From Candidatus Bathyarchaeota archaeon (GTDB lineage Archaea; Thermoproteota; Bathyarchaeia; Bathyarchaeales; Bathycorpusculaceae), in contig CAVYES010000001.1 of NCBI GenBank assembly GCA_963767735.1, positions 1 to 33,781 on the forward strand: a stretch of 33,781 bases of DNA, in the 5' to 3' direction. The notes beneath the pieces were generated by a model. The model saw only the letters and a program-made list of their open reading frames with translations. It did not search any database and was not told the origin of the DNA. Of the stretch, positions 27,830 through 33,781 are shown one piece after another (within the stretch, counting starts at the first letter, position 1; every line of letters begins with the position of its first letter). The position numbers were made by a program, and so were the translations under genes.

Positions 27830-28095
27830 AAGCTTCAAAAACAACCTAATCCTTTTTTGTCTTTTTATAATTTTTCAGAGCAAATAATATTTTTAAGTCA
27901 TAATATTTCTTATGGAAAAAAAGCAAATTCCACACAGCTATCCCCGAATCAAGTTGGTTGTCTATCCTTCTCGAATGTTTAGCTTTCTCGAACCGCTGAA
28001 GAACATGCCGGCTTAAAGAACGCGGCATCGATTTAGGCAAAGTATATAATGGCAAATAGACATTTCACCGTTTGCCCTGGGTGCAAAGAAACCAA

Positions 28096-29175
28096 ATGCA
28101 GCCGCCTAAAGTAAAAATTTCTTGGAAGTCAGTGCTTTTTCCACTGCTAGGTTTATTGGGATTTTTTTTGTACATTTATGTGTTTAAAGTAAACATTATA
28201 GGTATATTTGCTACCGCGAAAACCGCTAATCCACTTGTTTATTCTATAGCCATATTGTTCGGTTTATTTCAAGTGTTATTCTTTACAGTTTCTTGGTGGG
28301 TGTTGACCAATCACCTTTCAATCAAAATGACGATAGTTCGAGCTTACCTCTATGTTTGGTACGGCATGTACGTTGACACCATTGTTCCAGCGCAATCCAT
28401 CAGTGGAGAAGTAACCCGAACCTATTTGCTTACAAGAGACGGATGCGGCTCATTCGGTAAAGTGGTAGCGTCACTTTATACTCATAGGCTCCTTGGCACT
28501 GCAATAAACGCTTTTGCACTAATCGCAGGACTAGTGTTACTTACCTTTGGAGGCAACGTCAACCCTTTGGTCTTCAACCTGATTATAGTAGTTGCGGCAG
28601 CAATAACAGTTATACTTGTTTTAATGATTGCCTTGTCTTTCAAGCAGCAATGGACTTTAAAAATAGTTAATTGGATAACAAAGTTTGCGCAAAAAATCCG
28701 TATTGGCAAAACGCAGTTGGAAAAATTTAAAGAAGAAACTGTCGAAATTACAAGTCACTTTCATGATTCAATGAAAGAGTTCCGCAATAACCCAAGGACT
28801 CTATCTTACTCATTGTTCTATTTGCTTGTATCTTGGGTTTTTAGTCTAAGCGTACCATATCTCGTCTTTGTTTCTCTTGGGCACCCAGTTTCCTGGAGCA
28901 TAATTCTCGTTACTTCAGCGATATTCCTAGCGGTCAAATCAATTCCCGTTGGCATTCCGTTTGAAGTAGGGCTTCCAGAGGCAGTAATGACTACTCTTTA
29001 CATTTCAATGGGTGTTCCTGGTGCACTGAGTGCGACAGTTACCATACTTACAAGAATCATTACGTTGTGGTTATTCTTCATCATAGGCTTTGGATCTCAG
29101 CAATACCTCGAACTAAAACCAGTAGTATCTAAGGCAGCAAATACAGAAAAAATTAAAATCAACCCTCTACCGTAA
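28096..29175 (+). CDS. Flippase-like membrane protein (UPF0104 family)
   Basis: VDTIVPAQSISGEVTR and IPVGIPFEVGLPE...ILTRIITLW; multi-TM. Likely start ATG 28096. Confidence 0.82.
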   Translation: MQPPKVKISWKSVLFPLLGLLGFFLYIYVFKVNIIGIFATAKTANPLVYSIAILFGLFQVLFFTVSWWVLTNHLSIKMTIVRAYLYVWYGMYVDTIVPAQSISGEVTRTYLLTRDGCGSFGKVVASLYTHRLLGTAINAFALIAGLVLLTFGGNVNPLVFNLIIVVAAAITVILVLMIALSFKQQWTLKIVNWITKFAQKIRIGKTQLEKFKEETVEITSHFHDSMKEFRNNPRTLSYSLFYLLVSWVFSLSVPYLVFVSLGHPVSWSIILVTSAIFLAVKSIPVGIPFEVGLPEAVMTTLYISMGVPGALSATVTILTRIITLWLFFIIGFGSQQYLELKPVVSKAANTEKIKINPLP

Positions 29176-29194
29176 CTATGCTTAAGATAATAAA

Positions 29195-29644
29195 ATGGAA
29201 ATAAAAATTGAAACTGCGTCCATCAGGCTGCTTGATAGGCTATTTGAAATTGAAGAGCAATGCTTTGATCAGGAAGCCTTTACAAAACGACAAATATCAT
29301 ACTTGCTTACAGATTACAATACAATCGCGTTAGCAGCCAAAGCAAACAGTGACATTGCAGGATTCATAATAACACAAATAGAAATAGAAAATAACACGCT
29401 CTACGGGCATATAATAACAATAAATGTGGCCCCAAACTATCGACGAAAGGGAATCGCAAGCAAAATGCTGAAAGAAACAGAAGACATTCTTAAGCAAAAG
29501 GGTATAACCGAATGCCACTTAGAAGTCCGCGAAGACAACACAACTGCATTAAAACTCTATCAAAAAAGCAGGTACCAAAAAATCAGTAGACTAGAAAAAT
29601 ACTACGGCAAAAAACATGGCTTATACCTCAAAAAAAACCTATAA
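29195..29644 (+). CDS. rimI: RimI/Ard1-like N-terminal acetyltransferase (GNAT)
   Basis: EIEEQCF, GHIITINVAPNYRRKGIA, LEVREDN..ALKLY, KYY. Confidence 0.88.
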   Translation: MEIKIETASIRLLDRLFEIEEQCFDQEAFTKRQISYLLTDYNTIALAAKANSDIAGFIITQIEIENNTLYGHIITINVAPNYRRKGIASKMLKETEDILKQKGITECHLEVREDNTTALKLYQKSRYQKISRLEKYYGKKHGLYLKKNL

Positions 29645-29732
29645 AGGGTTACCCCTTAAATAAAGCGCTTATTCCAATAGGGAACAAACCTTTAAAAACT
29701 CTGGTGAACTTTAAATAGTGTGGTGGGGAGAG

Positions 29733-30002
29733 ATGGGAGATTCACGAGGAAGGAAATCGAAAGATCAAACACTTGTCCGAACCATCGTCGTTTTAATTCG
29801 CAACACTACTTGGCGATGCGGGAAGCTTGAAAAATCTATTGTCCATCATCTTTACAAACGTCATCAAAATTTTGGTAAAACGGAAGTTTCAGTTAGAGAC
29901 ATAATGCTCAACCTGAATATCACTGGCGAAAAAAAAGATGAATGTTTAGATGCGCTGCGTAGGCTTGAAAAAAGGAATATAGTGAAAATTACACCGCTTT
30001 AA
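29733..30002 (+). CDS. Small basic hypothetical protein, winged-helix-like
   Basis: 89 aa from ATG 29733; ends CLDALRRLEKRNIVKI as in wHTH domains; TTTAAA box upstream. Confidence 0.65.
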   Translation: MGDSRGRKSKDQTLVRTIVVLIRNTTWRCGKLEKSIVHHLYKRHQNFGKTEVSVRDIMLNLNITGEKKDECLDALRRLEKRNIVKITPL

Positions 30003-30240
30003 TTAAAACAACATTTTTTATTTTTCGTTTAAAGCACCTTATATGGTAACATTGGCCTTTGTGGATTTTTAAGTTGCGACTTTTTGGGTTGTTTTTTACT
30101 TGGGGATTGAATTTTTTTGCGGGTTTCGACTTTGGGTTTGGGTTACTGCTGGCAGAGGCGGCTGGGTTTTTCTTCAAAAGAAGAAGCCTGGAAAAACGGT
30201 TTTTCTTCTCCCCCTTGGTTATTTGCAGGTATTACTCAAA

Positions 30241-31626
30241 CTATTTTAGGAGCTTGTTTTCGTCTGGCGGGGGTTTGATTAAGCCGTGTTTCATTAGCAG
30301 TTCGGTTGATTGTCTGGCGTTTCGGATTATGCTGGATGCTCGCTCGTAGAGTTCTTGTCTGCTTGGCTTAACTCTTGCAACGCCCTGCTCGATTGATTTT
30401 AATGCGCATGCAACGGCCTCTCTTGGAAAAACCTCCCATTCATCCATCCTCGGCAATATGTCCTTCTCGCTGAAGCCGCGCTCCTCCGCGAAGTTAGCTA
30501 GCTCCGTCGCCGCAGCAATGCACATTTCGTCAGTTACGCCCTTAGCCTTCACATCCAAAACTCCTCGGAAAATGCCTGGAAAACCTAAGCTGTTGTTCAC
30601 TTGGTTAGGAAAGTCGCTTCTGCCTGTCGCTACAATTCGTGCTCCTGCTTCCTCTGCTTCCCATGGCCAAATTTCAGGTATTGGGTTAGCGCAGGCAAAG
30701 ATTATTGCGTCTTTAGCCATTGTTTTAATCCACTCTTTCTTAATTGTGCCTGGACCCGGTTTTGAAGCCGCGACAACCGCATCCGCGCCTTTGAATGCTT
30801 CTGCTATGTCGCCGGTTCTGCCTTCAGCGTTAGTTTTCTGTGTCACGTCATATTTCCACGGGTCTTCTTCTTTAATGATGTCTTTTCTGCCCGCATGAAC
30901 AACGCCTTTGCTGTCAGCAAGTATTATGTTGCCTGGTTTGATTCCCCAACGCATGAGCACATAAGCGGTACGAATATTCGCGGCTCCAGACCCAACTAAT
31001 GTGATTTTGCTTTCTTGCGGTTTTTTGCCCACGATCTTGAAAGAATTAATTAGCCCTGCCAAGATCACCGTGGCGGTTCCCTGCTGGTCATCATGCCAAA
31101 CTGGAATACTGAGTTGTTCACAGGATTTCTCAAGAACCTGAAAACATTTCGGTTTCTCAATATCCTCAAGGTTAATGCCGCCGAAAGACGGCTCCAAAGC
31201 TCTACAAATCTTAACTATTTCATTGGGATCCTTGGTTCTTAGGCAAATTGGAAACGCGTCCACGCCGCCTAAATACTTGAACAAAAGTGCTTTTCCCTCC
31301 ATCACAGGCAACGCCGCTTCAGGACCAATATCGCCCAGTCCTAAAACGCGTGTTCCATCTGAAACCACCGCGACGGAATTCCAACGGTTAGTTAATTCAA
31401 ACGATTTGTCTGGATCCGCTTGAATTTCTCTGCATGGAGCAGCCACGCCTGGAGTGTACCAAACGGCAAAGTCATCAACGCTTCTGATGGCGCATTTAGG
31501 AATGACCTGCATTTTTCCCTCGTAGAACCTGTGCATTGGAGAAGCTAACTGTGCAGGCTTCTTGGCTTTCGCAAGCAACTCATCAACGGTTGGTTTATCT
31601 TTTTCTGCTGAAACCAAAAGACACAT
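30241..31626 (-). CDS. mae: NAD(P)-dependent malic enzyme (short type, no PTA domain)
   Basis: YTPGVA, VVSDGTRVLGLGDIG, PVMEGKALLFK, GGINLEDI, HDDQQGTA, ANPIPEI, TGRSDFPNQVNN. Confidence 0.96.
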   Translation of the reverse strand: MCLLVSAEKDKPTVDELLAKAKKPAQLASPMHRFYEGKMQVIPKCAIRSVDDFAVWYTPGVAAPCREIQADPDKSFELTNRWNSVAVVSDGTRVLGLGDIGPEAALPVMEGKALLFKYLGGVDAFPICLRTKDPNEIVKICRALEPSFGGINLEDIEKPKCFQVLEKSCEQLSIPVWHDDQQGTATVILAGLINSFKIVGKKPQESKITLVGSGAANIRTAYVLMRWGIKPGNIILADSKGVVHAGRKDIIKEEDPWKYDVTQKTNAEGRTGDIAEAFKGADAVVAASKPGPGTIKKEWIKTMAKDAIIFACANPIPEIWPWEAEEAGARIVATGRSDFPNQVNNSLGFPGIFRGVLDVKAKGVTDEMCIAAATELANFAEERGFSEKDILPRMDEWEVFPREAVACALKSIEQGVARVKPSRQELYERASSIIRNARQSTELLMKHGLIKPPPDENKLLK

Positions 31627-31880
31627 CTCCTATTCAAACGCTAAAAATATAAAAGGATAGTTTTAAGCGTTTCCGCGAAGCTGGAATTATCGGCTAATTC
31701 AGCTTAAAGCAACTTATGTAAAATGTTGTTAATTTCTGCTTTTTTAAAGAGAAGTTGGCTAAAGGCTAACATAAATCGGTAAGATGAAAATAAGGTCGAT
31801 GAGGCGAAAATAGAAACGGAGTTAATTTCGTTTAAAAATAGAAAAAAGAAAGAGAGATTTGGTTGTTTTATTGTTTTGTT

Positions 31881-32178
31881 TTATGGCTTTTTTCTTAGCA
31901 AGAGTAAGCCGACTATGGCTATTGCGATGATTATTGCGATCACTGCAACAGCGATTCCATAGTTAGAGCTGACATTGTTGCTATGCCGTTACGGGTGTAG
32001 CGGTAGGCACTGCTGTTGTCTGTTGCTGAGCCAACGTAGACGTGTGCTTCAGCTGCAAATCCATAGTATCCTTCTGTGCCTGCAAAAGTTGCTGTAATAG
32101 CATAGTTACCAGGTAAGGCAGGGGGGTTCACGTTAAAGAGTTTGTCCCACTTGCATCGATGATTGCTGTTCCAAGTTT
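31881..32178 (-). pseudogene. 5'-truncated remnant of a surface-protein C-terminus (Ig-like strand region, T/P linker, TM helix, basic tail)
   Basis: Across frameshifts reads KLGTAIIDASGTNSLT*TP.ALPGNYAITATFAGTEGYYG...TAVPTATPV..YGIAVAVIAIIIAIAIVGLLLLRKKP-stop. It has an in-frame TGA and no room for the 5' part before the glyS promoter. Confidence 0.75.
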
Positions 32179-32276
32179 GCCTATTTCAAAATTGATCTAC
32201 CGCTTGAATAACAAGCTAGTTTGTTAGCAACCTTTTAATCTACTCATGGCACTAAACATAAAAAAGGTAAACTAAA

Positions 32277-33781
32277 TTGAACGACGACGCCAAATGCTCA
32301 AAACCAGAATGCGACAAGTTCACAGCCATAAACGAGTTAGCACGCCGCAGAGGATTCTTCTGGCCATCATTTGAGATTTACGGTGGCAGCGGCGGCTTTG
32401 TAACTTACGGTCCGCTTGGTGCACGGTTGAAACAGAATATTGAAGCTAAGCTAAGAGAGCTTTTCGTTAAAAAAATCGGCATTTACGAAATGGAATCATC
32501 CGTAATTGCACCCGGCAAAGTCTTTGAAGCATCGGGCCACGTTGACCATTTCAAGGAGCCGATGGTTGAGTGCCAAAACTGTCACACTCGTTTCCGAGCT
32601 GACCATTTGCTTGAAGAAAAAGGCATCAGTTCGGCTGAAGCAGAAAAAATGACTTTAACTGAAATTAAAGAGGAAATTGAGCGCCATGATGTTGTCTGTC
32701 CCGACTGCGGCGGCAAATTCGGCGAACCGCAACGTTATTTAACCATGTTCGAAACCACAATTGGTCCTTACTCAGGCGCGGTTGGTTACGGAAGACCTGA
32801 AGCTGCGCAAAACATTTTCGTTGAATTCAACCGGCTCTACACTGCTGCGCGGGAGCGGCTTCCTTTTGGAGTTATCCAAATCGGTCATGCTTTGCGCAAT
32901 GAGATTTCGCCAAGGCAAGGCTTGATTCGCTTAAGAGAATTCACTATTTCTGATTTAGAGTTCTTCTTTGACCCTGAAGAGCCAAATTGCGATCTGATTA
33001 GCGAAGTGGAAAACGAAGTATTGCCAATTTTGCTCGGTGAAACACGGCTGAAGGAACGCGAGGACACAACTGACTTCACAGTTAAAGAAGCGCTTAACCA
33101 GAAAATAATTCGATCAGAGTGGCAAGCGTTTTTCATGGCGATGGCGAAGAAGCTTTTAATCGAGCTTGGCGTACCAGCGGAGAAACAACGGTTCATTGAA
33201 AAACTCGCTGGGAAAAAGCGCATTACTCAAGTCAAAGCTTCGATCAAGAAGTCTTAGTTGACCGTTGGGGATGGGTAGAAGTTTCTGGACATGCGTACCG
33301 AACAGATTACGATTTGACATGCCACATGAAAGCAAGCGGAGTCGACATGACCGTTTACAAAGAATATTATAGTCCAGTCGAAAAAGAAGAGCTAATTGTT
33401 AAGCCAATTATGTCTAAGCTTGGTCCAGTATACAAGAAAGAAGCCTCAAAAGTAGCCGAGCTGCTTGTTAAGGTGCCTGCACAGGAAGTTGCCGACGCCC
33501 TGCAAAAGCAAGGTTTCTTTACGAGTTGAAAACTACGAAATCAAACCTGACCAAGTAGACATTAGCAAGCAAAAAACGATTGTTCGCGGCACACGCTTTG
33601 TACCGCACGTTGTGGAACCCAGCTTCGGCGCGGACAGGCTCTTTTACGTGGCATTGGAGTACGCTTACGGCATCAAGGATGACCGTGCGGTCATGAGTTT
33701 TCCAGAGTATCGCACCGATCCAAATTGGCGTTTACCCGTTAATGAGTGGAGTTTGGCTTAGATACTAAAGCAGTGCAAGTT
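32277..33781 (+). CDS. glyS: Glycine--tRNA ligase (alpha2 type); at least 3 indels in the 3' part; runs off the window end
   Basis: [49 protein letters not shown]; in shifted frames [46 protein letters not shown]. Confidence 0.95.

Noticed and set aside
27523-27887. Pro-rich and Ala-rich ORFs overlapping ssb
   Set aside because: Alternative-frame and antisense shadows of the GGC/GGA-rich tail.
27912-28016. 34-codon ORF MEKKQIPHSYPRIKLVV... between ssb and the flippase gene
   Set aside because: Too short, no motif, and no supporting evidence from the sequence alone.
32277-33781. glyS (and proA) as true pseudogenes or programmed frameshifts
   Set aside because: glyS is essential, motifs are undecayed, no slippery heptamers are evident, and errors cluster at the window ends.
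1-33781. CRISPR array, tRNA/rRNA, IS element or provirus
   Set aside because: No regularly spaced repeats, cloverleaf or rRNA-like segments, transposase, integrase or capsid genes were seen by eye.

Overview
Archaeal chromosomal window, most consistent with class Bathyarchaeia (inferred from gene content and protein styles, not from a search). The core (3.5-22.7 kb, mostly minus strand) is an energy-conservation supercluster. It starts with a complete complex I/Fpo-like gene set (nuoA-B-CD-H-I-J-K-L-M-N, no nuoEFG/fpoF) whose CD subunit keeps both [NiFe]-binding CxxC motifs, i.e. an Fpo-like energy-converting hydrogenase of the 'Hfo' type. This is followed directly by an A/V-type ATP synthase cluster (H-C-[I inverted]-F-E-A-B-D-USP-small coiled-coil ORF-K). 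Unusual points: atpI lies antisense inside the cluster; an ATP-binding universal stress protein and a 65-aa ORF sit between atpD and atpK; the antiporter-like subunits carry Lys/His-to-acidic/polar substitutions at normally conserved axis positions; NuoI has a 21-aa insertion inside an Fe-S motif. The flanks hold proA, a DUF4177-like protein, an orphan ESCRT-III/Snf7 gene, two mirror-image flippase-like + GNAT pairs, a membrane-anchored wHTH regulator coupled to a cohesin/PEF-CTERM surface protein, an SSB with an RGG/YGG tail, malic enzyme, a surface-protein remnant and glyS. Single-base indels break proA, the DUF4177-like gene, atpF, atpI and glyS and are most likely assembly errors. I saw no rRNA, tRNA, CRISPR or mobile element.
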